The translations under genes and the position numbers were made by a program. A model generated the notes under the pieces. The model saw only the letters and a list, made by a program, of their open reading frames with translations. It made no database searches and was not told the origin of the DNA. A DNA stretch of 64,000 nucleotides from a virus. Positions 10,401 to 19,726 of the stretch are shown here, piece after piece; position 1 is the first letter of the stretch; every line of letters starts with the position of its first letter. The stretch spans positions 1 through 64,000 of the IMG/VR virus record IMGVR_UViG_3300042886_000261; one strand, written 5' to 3'.

Positions 10401-10886
10401 TTAAATTACAATTTCATAAAAGAAATTCTTTTTACACCAATCATGTAAATCTTGTGGTGTAAAGTTATATACTTTCTCTATACAATATATCCATGCAATA
10501 TACTCTGAACAGTATAAACTTTCATATTTTTTCTTTCTCCACCTGCCTGTAAGTAATTGAAAAGGTTTCTTCATAATAATTTCTTCAAAACTATATGCTG
10601 AACAACCTACTCTGGAGAGTGCTCTTTGAGCAAATGTTTTCTCATTAGTGACTGTACTTGATCTATGTATTATAATATCATATTCATATTCAAGTAACCA
10701 GTCTGCCCATGCTCTTAAATTTACACCATCTTTTTGTGCATCTAAGACATAGGGTTCTCCCCATACTTCTATGAATACTGCAGAATGTGTAAATTTTGAT
10801 TTAGTAAATTTCTTAACTAATTTACTATTTAAATTTTTTCCACTACAATGTAATATATCTCCCGTTTTTAAAAATGTGGGATTCAT
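10401..10886 (-). CDS. Permuted papain-like NlpC/P60 amidase (YiiX/YaeF, C92-like)
   Basis: LKTGDIL...FTHSAVF...LYCSEYIAWIY: His before Cys, the permuted arrangement. Confidence 0.8.
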   Translation of the reverse strand: MNPTFLKTGDILHCSGKNLNSKLVKKFTKSKFTHSAVFIEVWGEPYVLDAQKDGVNLRAWADWLLEYEYDIIIHRSSTVTNEKTFAQRALSRVGCSAYSFEEIIMKKPFQLLTGRWRKKKYESLYCSEYIAWIYCIEKVYNFTPQDLHDWCKKNFFYEIVI

Positions 10887-11194
10887 TTTACATTTTTAAG
10901 TTGAATGGTAATTAGTTTACCAACTGTATCAGATAACTCACCAATTTTAGTAGCCATATTCTTAATCTCTTGTTGAGTTGTTTCTGTGATCAACTGATAT
11001 TTAAGTCTATGCTCTTGTTCAAGTAATTCTATTTTGCCTTTTAATCTACCCTCTTCTTCTGTGTGAGCTTGATCATTAGATTTAAGAACTGCAACATCTG
11101 CAATTATTGATGTGTGTGTTGTTTTTAAAAAGTACCCTATAACTGTAATAATAAAACCTATACAGAATAAACCTATTGTAAGTATTGTATTCAT
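10883..11194 (-). CDS. Membrane-anchored coiled-coil protein (holin/spanin-like)
   Basis: N-terminal TM helix plus coiled coil; lysis cluster. Confidence 0.5.
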   Translation of the reverse strand: MNTILTIGLFCIGFIITVIGYFLKTTHTSIIADVAVLKSNDQAHTEEEGRLKGKIELLEQEHRLKYQLITETTQQEIKNMATKIGELSDTVGKLITIQLKNVK

Positions 11195-11267
11195 AGTAAT
11201 AAAAATAAAAAATAATATATATTCTAATATAGTTATATTTTACTAGATACAGCGCACTTTTTTAAAA

Positions 11268-11480
11268 TTATTTTGCTGGTTCTATGGTTAACTGTGATAA
11301 TGTGGCAGTTACAGTTCCAGCTAATATTAAGTATCCACTAGCTGATACCAATATTGCAGGTAATGCTACAGGAGAAGCAATAATTATTCCTCCTATTGTT
11401 CCTGCTATAATACCAATTTTTTGTACTTTTTTCCAAAATGTTGGAGTTTTAGCATTCCATCTTTTTTTTAAATTTTTCAT
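11268..11480 (-). CDS. Putative holin
   Basis: Basic N-terminus, two TM helices, immediately downstream of lysozyme. Confidence 0.6.
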   Translation of the reverse strand: MKNLKKRWNAKTPTFWKKVQKIGIIAGTIGGIIIASPVALPAILVSASGYLILAGTVTATLSQLTIEPAK

Positions 11481-11484
11481 AATC

Positions 11485-11931
11485 TTATTTTTTAATGTAT
11501 AAATCTGCTTCTTTTTTTCTTCTTTTTAATAATCCAGGAAGTATTTTATTTCCACTAGATACATAATGGTTTATCCACCAATCATGTATAACTGCATCTG
11601 TAGCTTTTTTATTTATTAAACCAAATAAATCTTTTGAGCTACCACAATTCCAGCAAAAAGATACTAGTGCATCAAATTGATTTTGGTTTAAAGTAACCTT
11701 TATATTCCTATCTACAGTAGCTTCATACTTAGGTAGTAACTCTATAAATAATTCATTAGCTCTTTCTTGAGTAATCTTATCACCCAATTTAAACTTGCTA
11801 CCATCCTTTCTAGATGTATTTCCATACCCAATAGTTATTGGTAATCCACCAGTTCCAGGATCAACATAAGCCTTTAACTTACATCCTTCAAATCCTTTAA
11901 TCAGGTCTATGCCTTGTTGTGAAGTTTTCAT
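11485..11931 (-). CDS. Endolysin, GH24 phage lysozyme
   Basis: FEGCKLKAYVD...TIGYG, QNQFDALVSF, GLLKRRKKEADL. Confidence 0.93.
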   Translation of the reverse strand: MKTSQQGIDLIKGFEGCKLKAYVDPGTGGLPITIGYGNTSRKDGSKFKLGDKITQERANELFIELLPKYEATVDRNIKVTLNQNQFDALVSFCWNCGSSKDLFGLINKKATDAVIHDWWINHYVSSGNKILPGLLKRRKKEADLYIKK

Positions 11932-11933
11932 AA

Positions 11934-12176
11934 TTATAATTCAAATTGGTTTCTGATTTCTAAGGGCACATTATCCATTAACTGAAATTCTATAAACAGT
12001 AATGGTGTCATCTCAGTAATAAAAGCTGGTGTTTCAGCAATTGCTATAGCCTCATTCTCAAAAGTTTTATATGTTGCTATATAGTTTTCTATTAATGGAC
12101 TTGAAGGTTTTAAACATACATTAGCTTCTAAGTCTTCTTCAACAAAAGTAGTTGCTATTAAAATAAATTTTTCCAT
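11934..12176 (-). CDS. Hypothetical protein (tail-fibre associated)
   Basis: 80 aa, operon packing. Confidence 0.55.
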   Translation of the reverse strand: MEKFILIATTFVEEDLEANVCLKPSSPLIENYIATYKTFENEAIAIAETPAFITEMTPLLFIEFQLMDNVPLEIRNQFEL

Positions 12177-12178
12177 AA

Positions 12179-12952
12179 TTATAATTGTGAGTATACTCCT
12201 AATTTCATTAAATCAAATTGTCCTGTATTTGTTACAGAGGTTGCTGACATACATCTACTTGCAAATAAATTTAACCCTTGTGATGTTGCTGGTAAATCTG
12301 TTGTAAGTATTCCCGTTGCAACCACTCCAGTTTCATTATTTACTACTCTATATGTAACACTTGTAGAACTAGGTTCATTATATAATACTATACTATAAAC
12401 AGTTGTTGAGATTGCACCTGCGGTTCTATTTGCAGGAAAGTCAACTCCTAAATCTATTTTACTAGCTGTACCTGTAGCATCATTATAAAATACTTGTAAA
12501 TTAGTATCTCCAACTTCATTACCAACACCAATTATATTAGTTAATGTACTAACTAATGTATTAGATACTCCACCATAAGCTAAATCAGTAGTTTGACCAG
12601 CCATTCCATAAAATTGTTGACAACCTGCTGAATATGCAGTATCAGAAATATTAAAATCACATATGTATTTAAAACCACCGTGTATATACCAATATAAACC
12701 AGTTGTTCTTGTTCCTGTGTATCTTCCTCCAGATACTACCGATGCATAATATCTTAATCTTATTTGTTTTGTTGCAAAATTAGTAGATGCAACAGATTGT
12801 GATGATGTTGAAGCTGAAGATGACATTGACATACCACCATCAACTACAACTGTTGTAGTATTATTATTTATTGAAATACCTCTGTATGTTACAGATGGCT
12901 TTAAATATAATACATTTAAAACATCTTCAGTCCAATATGATCCTCCTGCCAT
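12179..12952 (-). CDS. Putative tail/structural beta-sandwich protein
   Basis: S/T/G-rich, beta-rich; tail-fibre block. Confidence 0.55.
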   Translation of the reverse strand: MAGGSYWTEDVLNVLYLKPSVTYRGISINNNTTTVVVDGGMSMSSSASTSSQSVASTNFATKQIRLRYYASVVSGGRYTGTRTTGLYWYIHGGFKYICDFNISDTAYSAGCQQFYGMAGQTTDLAYGGVSNTLVSTLTNIIGVGNEVGDTNLQVFYNDATGTASKIDLGVDFPANRTAGAISTTVYSIVLYNEPSSTSVTYRVVNNETGVVATGILTTDLPATSQGLNLFASRCMSATSVTNTGQFDLMKLGVYSQL

Positions 12953-12957
12953 AATAT

Positions 12958-13305
12958 TTAGTTTAAAATTATTTCTATTTCACTTACTTCTATACCAAAT
13001 GTTATAGCCATTTTTATTCTGAATCCTAAGTAGTAAAGATATGTAGTAGCATCAGTATAACTTAAATCTGTTGGTACTTCATCTTTAACTTGAACATACA
13101 AAGCATTTGTTTCTTCTTCTGTAACAGGATATAAGTTAGATGTAATAACTTGACCTAATTCAGATACGTATTGAAACATATACATAGAATTAAATGAACC
13201 TCCTAATTGTTGATTACAAGTTGATAAAATTCCTTCTACTATTGAAGTCTCTTGTCCTGCTATCCCATTGTTATAAGTTACAGGTACTAATGTTTTTAAT
13301 TTCAT
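12958..13305 (-). CDS. Hypothetical protein (possible fibre chaperone)
   Basis: 115 aa downstream of a fibre gene. Confidence 0.5.
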   Translation of the reverse strand: MKLKTLVPVTYNNGIAGQETSIVEGILSTCNQQLGGSFNSMYMFQYVSELGQVITSNLYPVTEEETNALYVQVKDEVPTDLSYTDATTYLYYLGFRIKMAITFGIEVSEIEIILN

Positions 13306-13317
13306 ATTATTTTATTT

Positions 13318-14559
13318 TTATGCATAAATATTTTCTACTGTATCTAAAACCGCAAACCATTGTATGTTTGTTGCTATTACTCCTGTAATTGTTATTAATA
13401 AACCACCAACATTTACACTTGTGTTTGCAGCTAAAGTAGGAGTTACCCAAGCAGGTATGTTTGTAACAACATTTACGTTACCTACCGTTAACACAGTACT
13501 AGCTGCATTTGCTCCTCTTACAATTACTCCATCAATATCCCATACAGCTATATCAGTTGTTCCACTTTTCTTAGCTGTAATAGAACCTTTAAACCTCATT
13601 ACTTGTTGATTTCGTAAAGCTAATTGTGAACCAGCATTATCATTAAATGCAACTGCATTATTTGTTGTTAATATTGTAGGTGTGGCATCTGTAGTTAATT
13701 GTCTATATTGAATTATACCTTTTTGTGCTTCTCCTGTGCCTCCAGCTACTCCACCAATTGCTATTCTACCAATTGTACTGAAAGTATTAGCACTATAACC
13801 AATAGCAGTTGCTTGAGCACCAGTTGCAGTTACAGAAAAACCTAAACCTAAAGAATATGTTCCACCTGCAGACCCATATCCAATTAATGTTGAATTAGCA
13901 CCACTTGCAGTAGAATCAGCAAAAAAATAACTTGCTAAACATATGGAAGAATCTCCTGTTGCTTTAGCTCTATTACCCATTGCAATAGCATTAGCATTAG
14001 ATGCTGTACAACTACTTCCAAATGAAAATGAAAATGTATTACTAGCTATATTTCCATAGCCAATAGCTGATGAATAAGTACCACTTGCAGTATTTAAATA
14101 ACCAATAGCAGATGAATAACTGCCATTTGCTGTACTTCCATTTCCAGCCAAAAAAGAACTTATACCACTTGCAACTTGGGAATTAGAACTTCTAATACTC
14201 TGCAAATCTACTGCATTAGTTCCACGTTTATTACCTCCACTTGCAAGGTTATCTGCAACTGCTAAAGTAAATGCTCCTGTACCTTTAGGAACTATTGCAA
14301 CATCTCCATTGGTTGTTGCTGTTACTGCTGTTAAAGTATCTACAGGAACAGTAGCATTAGGTGCTGTTGTGTTTTGTGCTTCTGTAAAGTAAGTTAAACC
14401 ACCACTTAATGGCATTAAATTCCATATTGTAGTATATTGATACGTATTACCATTTGCTGTATCTGTATATCTATCTCCTGCAACTGCTGTATGTACAGGT
14501 GCTCCTGTTCCTGTTGCAACTGTTAATCCTTGGTCAGTTTTTGTATATACTATTGCCAT
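13318..14559 (-). CDS. Tail fibre/adhesin with YadA-head-like repeats
   Basis: ~14-aa repeats ANGSYSSAIGYLN / ASGTYSSAIGYGN / ATGAQATAIGYSA; GGNKRGTNAVDLQ motif. Confidence 0.75.
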   Translation of the reverse strand: MAIVYTKTDQGLTVATGTGAPVHTAVAGDRYTDTANGNTYQYTTIWNLMPLSGGLTYFTEAQNTTAPNATVPVDTLTAVTATTNGDVAIVPKGTGAFTLAVADNLASGGNKRGTNAVDLQSIRSSNSQVASGISSFLAGNGSTANGSYSSAIGYLNTASGTYSSAIGYGNIASNTFSFSFGSSCTASNANAIAMGNRAKATGDSSICLASYFFADSTASGANSTLIGYGSAGGTYSLGLGFSVTATGAQATAIGYSANTFSTIGRIAIGGVAGGTGEAQKGIIQYRQLTTDATPTILTTNNAVAFNDNAGSQLALRNQQVMRFKGSITAKKSGTTDIAVWDIDGVIVRGANAASTVLTVGNVNVVTNIPAWVTPTLAANTSVNVGGLLITITGVIATNIQWFAVLDTVENIYA

Positions 14560-14562
14560 CTT

Positions 14563-14886
14563 CTAACTATTTAATAATTCTGTACATATAACTCCTACCT
14601 TATCTACTATTGCTTTATCTTCAGGACTCATTTCAGAAACAATTAAGCATACTACCTCATTATCTTCACCTTGTATATCCAATCTATTTACATCAGTTGT
14701 ATAAACTATATATACTAATGGGTCTTTTTGTGTTAAACAAAATGCTTCAAGTTCATAGAATGATGCTTGTTGTTCTACTGTTAATTCATTTACAAATCTT
14801 GGTACTACTTGAAGTTCCTCATTTTGTGGTATAATCATCAGAGCTTTATCTGATTGTCTATATACTATTTGTTTAAAATTTTCCAT
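14563..14886 (-). CDS. Hypothetical protein (possible fibre chaperone)
   Basis: 107 aa acidic, follows large fibre gene. Confidence 0.5.
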   Translation of the reverse strand: MENFKQIVYRQSDKALMIIPQNEELQVVPRFVNELTVEQQASFYELEAFCLTQKDPLVYIVYTTDVNRLDIQGEDNEVVCLIVSEMSPEDKAIVDKVGVICTELLNS

Positions 14887-14889
14887 AAA

Positions 14890-17800
14890 TTAATAATTAT
14901 ATGATGAACTTAATAATTCTGTTCCACCACCCAACACAGTTCCTACAAAACCACCACCACCTGCATAAGTACCAATAGAACCAATATTTGTAGTTACCGT
15001 AAAAGTTGCCGTAAATCCTGCTCGTGGTATAAATATTACAAATCCATAAGCAGAAGCATAAGAACAGTTTTGAAATAGTAAAATACTAGCTTTAACTAAT
15101 GTTACTATTTCAGCAGAAATAACTGCAATTGATTTCCCTGCACCTACAACAGAAATTATAACTGTATTAGTGCCATCAAATATTGTTAAACTTGTATCTG
15201 TATTTGCTAAAGAAACACCAAATCTATTTATATCCCCTGTTCCACTTGTAGAGTTACCATATACATTTCCATTAGACATTGCATAAGCTAAAATAACTTC
15301 CTTTGAAACAGATGTATTAGCACCATATTTAACATACATATTACACGGATTGGACATTCTCCCATTACTAACAAGTACACCACTTGTTTTTTCTATTAAT
15401 GGACAGTAATCTACTGTGTTGTCAGAAATTAAATCTTTATTATTTATGAATTTTCCTGCATTTGTTATTTTAATGGGAGCAGAGGTATTTGTTGCACCAC
15501 TTGTTATAATCGTACCATCATTTACAAATTTTCCTGCACCTGTATATGTTAATGCTATTAATCTTATAAGACCATTATTAATAAATGTACCTGCTCCAAT
15601 AATAACAGTCATATATCTTGAAGGATGTGTACCTTCTTGATTTCCATTAAATTTTACACTACCTGCATTTACTGTTATAGTACCGTTTATTGAACCATTT
15701 ATAACACTTCCCATTGTAGAAGCTAATCCATTAACAATTACATTTCCTGTAATATCCCCATCTAATATTACAGGAGAACCTGCTAAAGTTGTTGTTGTTA
15801 CAGTTAAAGAACCGTAAACATTTACAGATTTAACACCATCTCCGCCATCTATTAAAGCTGTTGTTCCTACTATATTAGCATATAAATTAACTATTCCACC
15901 ATGAGTATAACTTCCTAAGATAGTTCCGTTTATATTGCCACGTGTAGCAGTTCCGTTTATAGCTAAAATACTTGCAGGTGTTGTTACTTTTGTGTTTACG
16001 TCAGCATATCCAGCTACATATCTTAAACCTGCTAACAATCCATAAGCATTACCGTTCCAAGTAAAATTACCTGATACTGTAATAAAAGAAATAGAACCAA
16101 ATCTACAATCAAACATTTCTGTATTGATACTTAAATTTGTAAATGATAAATAGTTAGTTCCTGTTGGATGCCCTAATTGAATTACAGTACCAATTGAATA
16201 GTAATTTCCTAAATCTAAAAATCCATCAATTGCAGTAAATCCTGCTGGATTAATTAATCCTGAATTTGTATGAGTTCCAAAAGTTTTACCTAAGCTTAAA
16301 TAAAAAGGAATTACAATATTTGCAGTAAAAGTAAATAAAGATAAATTACCATAAGATATTGTAGCTCCTAAACTTTTACTGTTAATATAGAATCCTGTTT
16401 TATGTATATTACTTGTTACAACAAAATTACCGTTTAATATAACTTCATAAATAGTCCACCATGTTGCAGTAATTGTAGCACTTGCTGTACACGCTTTACT
16501 TAATACAATTGTATTAGACGTTTTACTTACAACTATTGTGTTATAAGGTATTCCTGTTCCTGTAATAAATTGTCCTATAACTATATTAGCTGTAGAACTT
16601 ACCGCTGTTAATGTAGCACTTAAATTTGCTGTAGTTGCTGTTACTGTACCTGTATTAGTTATATCTGATAAAGCATATTCAACTGTTAAGTAAGGATTAT
16701 TAATATTACCTCTACCTGTTGCATTAACTCCATTAAGTGAATCTACGTAAATTTTATTAGCTTGTGGAATACTTGTTGATAGTGCAGCCCATTGTGCCTT
16801 ACCATCTGCTGTCATTGAAGTAAGAACCTTGCCTATTCCTTCTGTTCCATCTTGTAATTGTACTGAATAGTTTGTAGTAGCTAATATTGCACTAAATTTA
16901 CCACCAACATTTTCAGCACTTGCACCAGTTGCTTGACCGTAAACACCAATGTTTAAAGCAGTTGAACTTTGTGCTGTACCTGATGTACCATAATTAGTAG
17001 ATGCACCTACACCTTGATTTACTCCTGCAACACCAACTGCCCCATTAACTGTAGTATTACCATAAATGTTATAGTTCTCTCCAGGAGTTGTACTATATAC
17101 AGCAAATTTATATGCTGATAATATTGCACCATTAACTGCTATATTAGCACCATCATCTTGAGTTTGACTATTACCTATAGTTCCAGTTCCAGTAAATTTA
17201 GATAAATAATTAGTAGTACCACTACCTCCTACTTTAGCATTAAATACTGCAAAGTCTGAAGAAGATAAATATCCATCTGCTATTGCTGATGATTGTGCCA
17301 TACTAATAGCTGGTGTTGTACCTCCTGAAGATACTACTGGAGCTGTTCCTGTTACAGATGTAACTGCTGATGGATTATATGTTGGATTTAAAGTAGTTGT
17401 TGCTACTGAGTAATGCTGAGATCCTTCTGTTCTAAATGTAACGGTTTGAGATACACCAGTAGTATTTTCCATTGAAATCCTTACTACTAATCTATCTGTT
17501 GTAAGTAAAGTAGTTGCAGGAAATACACCATCAGAAAGATACATTGTAGTTACTGTAGCCATATTAGTTACTACAATAGGATCTGAAGTAAATAGTAATG
17601 TTTCAATACCACCTAAATCTCTTTTCCATACAGTAGGTCTTATTATCCAATTTTGTCCTGCAATAGCAGCATTAAAATGTAAATAAAGAGACCATAGTCC
17701 AGCTGCTATTTGAGTAGACCCTGGTACTCCTACTGGAGTTTGATATTCTGCAATAACTGATGTTACTCCTCCTGCTACTGTTAGTGGAACTAATTGTTCT

Positions 17801-18033
17801 GCTGCTGTAGTTACTATAGAAGAAAATTCTTTATAAGGAGTTTGTGTAACTGTTTGATTTAAATAATAAGTTATAGCACCTACACCACCACCTATTGTAA
17901 CAGTAACATCATCTCCTATTGTAGATGCAACTACACCTGCTCCTACAAAATCAATACTATTAACATCTTTAGTTAATATTGCAGATTCCTCTAGTATTGT
18001 AATTCTTTTTTTTATGTTTATATCTGTACTCAT
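14890..18033 (-). CDS. Large tail fibre/spike protein with beta-helical C-terminal region
   Basis: 1047 aa, G/T/S/N-rich; VTSVTGTAPVVSSGGTTPAIS and IYVDSLNG...G..NNPYLT modules. Confidence 0.75.
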   Translation of the reverse strand: MSTDINIKKRITILEESAILTKDVNSIDFVGAGVVASTIGDDVTVTIGGGVGAITYYLNQTVTQTPYKEFSSIVTTAAEQLVPLTVAGGVTSVIAEYQTPVGVPGSTQIAAGLWSLYLHFNAAIAGQNWIIRPTVWKRDLGGIETLLFTSDPIVVTNMATVTTMYLSDGVFPATTLLTTDRLVVRISMENTTGVSQTVTFRTEGSQHYSVATTTLNPTYNPSAVTSVTGTAPVVSSGGTTPAISMAQSSAIADGYLSSSDFAVFNAKVGGSGTTNYLSKFTGTGTIGNSQTQDDGANIAVNGAILSAYKFAVYSTTPGENYNIYGNTTVNGAVGVAGVNQGVGASTNYGTSGTAQSSTALNIGVYGQATGASAENVGGKFSAILATTNYSVQLQDGTEGIGKVLTSMTADGKAQWAALSTSIPQANKIYVDSLNGVNATGRGNINNPYLTVEYALSDITNTGTVTATTANLSATLTAVSSTANIVIGQFITGTGIPYNTIVVSKTSNTIVLSKACTASATITATWWTIYEVILNGNFVVTSNIHKTGFYINSKSLGATISYGNLSLFTFTANIVIPFYLSLGKTFGTHTNSGLINPAGFTAIDGFLDLGNYYSIGTVIQLGHPTGTNYLSFTNLSINTEMFDCRFGSISFITVSGNFTWNGNAYGLLAGLRYVAGYADVNTKVTTPASILAINGTATRGNINGTILGSYTHGGIVNLYANIVGTTALIDGGDGVKSVNVYGSLTVTTTTLAGSPVILDGDITGNVIVNGLASTMGSVINGSINGTITVNAGSVKFNGNQEGTHPSRYMTVIIGAGTFINNGLIRLIALTYTGAGKFVNDGTIITSGATNTSAPIKITNAGKFINNKDLISDNTVDYCPLIEKTSGVLVSNGRMSNPCNMYVKYGANTSVSKEVILAYAMSNGNVYGNSTSGTGDINRFGVSLANTDTSLTIFDGTNTVIISVVGAGKSIAVISAEIVTLVKASILLFQNCSYASAYGFVIFIPRAGFTATFTVTTNIGSIGTYAGGGGFVGTVLGGGTELLSSSYNY

Positions 18034-18695
18034 TAGTATACTTTTTGTAATGTAAAGTTATATGATTTAATAGTGTTTCCTGCATTAGCTGTATTAAATT
18101 GAGCAGTAATAACTAATTCATTATTCACTGTTGTATCAAATGTAGTAGCATTAATAGTACTTAATACAAATCCTTCAAATTGAGTTCCTCCATTTCTAAT
18201 ATATGAAAATAAACCACCTGATGAAATTGATGCAACACCTACTCCTCCTAATGTTCTAACTGTAAAGTATAAATTTAATATCCAAGATTTATTAGTTGCT
18301 GCAGCTAGTGACACTACACCTGTATCAGCAAGAATTGCACCTGCTACTGTTTTTACATAAATATGTATTGTTGCTGAACTTATACATGAAATTATTCCAT
18401 CTAATGCTGCAGTAAAAGAATCACCAATTGAAAAAGCATTTGCAGGAACTGATAAAGTACCTACTCCTGCACCTATTATACTTTGTTCTGCAATACCTGT
18501 TACATTTGGTCCAGTTACTGTTTGAGCATATAACCCATAACTTGTAGATGGAATATTTCCAGGAATATCTACTGTAGCTGCACCTCCTACATTACTTACA
18601 GTAACACCAGATCCGGTAAAATTTATAATGTCATTAGAAAGTACAGTTGTACCTTCATCTTGTACAATTGTTTTTGTAGAGATTTGAGTACTCAT
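18033..18695 (-). CDS. Tail/structural protein
   Basis: N-terminus similar to 14890..18033 (MST.I..K...E....L..D...I.F.G.GV..S..G....V.I). Confidence 0.6.
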   Translation of the reverse strand: MSTQISTKTIVQDEGTTVLSNDIINFTGSGVTVSNVGGAATVDIPGNIPSTSYGLYAQTVTGPNVTGIAEQSIIGAGVGTLSVPANAFSIGDSFTAALDGIISCISSATIHIYVKTVAGAILADTGVVSLAAATNKSWILNLYFTVRTLGGVGVASISSGGLFSYIRNGGTQFEGFVLSTINATTFDTTVNNELVITAQFNTANAGNTIKSYNFTLQKVY

Positions 18696-18700
18696 ATGTA

Positions 18701-19306
18701 TTATGAATTATAAGTAATAAGTAATTCAGTACCAGTTCCATCATATGTAAATGTAGAAGCAGCATAAGAATTATTAATACCATCAGCTCCAAAATTTACT
18801 GATTCACCTGGTTTAATTGTATCACCTAAGAAAGTTCCATTACCTGTTCCTACATTTGCTATAGAAAAGCTATATGTTACTGCAGCTATTGTACCTGATG
18901 TAGTTGTTCTAAAGTAAACTGGAGTTCTACTAACAGCTGATGTATTATTTACTATTTGAGCTAAGTAAGTATTAGGATTGATATAAGTAATTGGTGCAAC
19001 TGGTGTACCTGGAGTATTTGTTCCTGCTAAATAATAAACTGGTGGATCAAATGTTCCCGTACCTGCATTATAAATTCTTATCTCTAACCAAGTAACATCA
19101 TTAGCATCAATAACTAAGGCTGCTTCATATTCAGTTCCTGCTTGAATTGCAGTTAATATTTGGTTAAGTAATGAGTCAACATTAACAGTATTATTATTAA
19201 TATCAACTAAATTGTCACAGGTACACTCTTGACCATATAACATTTTTAATTGCCATGGCATATTGGTACCTTTGCCACCATATGTTTTTAAATTTCCTAC
19301 AGACAT
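18701..19306 (-). CDS. Structural protein (tail-associated)
   Basis: MSVGNLKTYGGKGTNMPWQLKML start, T/G-rich; first gene after a TATATTA promoter. Confidence 0.55.
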   Translation of the reverse strand: MSVGNLKTYGGKGTNMPWQLKMLYGQECTCDNLVDINNNTVNVDSLLNQILTAIQAGTEYEAALVIDANDVTWLEIRIYNAGTGTFDPPVYYLAGTNTPGTPVAPITYINPNTYLAQIVNNTSAVSRTPVYFRTTTSGTIAAVTYSFSIANVGTGNGTFLGDTIKPGESVNFGADGINNSYAASTFTYDGTGTELLITYNS

Positions 19307-19405
19307 AATAATTTGATTTTATATATAATAATATACGCAAAAGATTCTAGATATACAAATATAAAAAAGAAAAGCCACATTACTGTGACTCTTACTTTTT
19401 AATTT

Positions 19406-19723
19406 TTATTCAGCAAAGCTGTGTGTATTAACTTCTAAAATTACTTTTTTAATCTTAGTTGGAAGATCATTAAAATTAATTTCAATTGGTATTGTATTTT
19501 CAACTGAATCAATTGAACTAATTAAATCTATAAATGCCCAGTATGGAGCATCTAAAATTACAGTAAAAAAATTAGTACTAAAGTAAGCAATAAAATCAGT
19601 TAATGCTTTTGCATCTGTTTTATTTTCTAAAGATGGTTTTATTACTACTTCTTGAGCACCTAAGTCAACTACAATTGTTTCCTCAATTTGTGTAGAAACA
19701 TTATTTGTTATTTTAATATCCAT
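19406..19723 (-). CDS. Hypothetical protein
   Basis: 105 aa following spike gene. Confidence 0.55.
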   Translation of the reverse strand: MDIKITNNVSTQIEETIVVDLGAQEVVIKPSLENKTDAKALTDFIAYFSTNFFTVILDAPYWAFIDLISSIDSVENTIPIEINFNDLPTKIKKVILEVNTHSFAE

Positions 19724-19726
19724 GGT

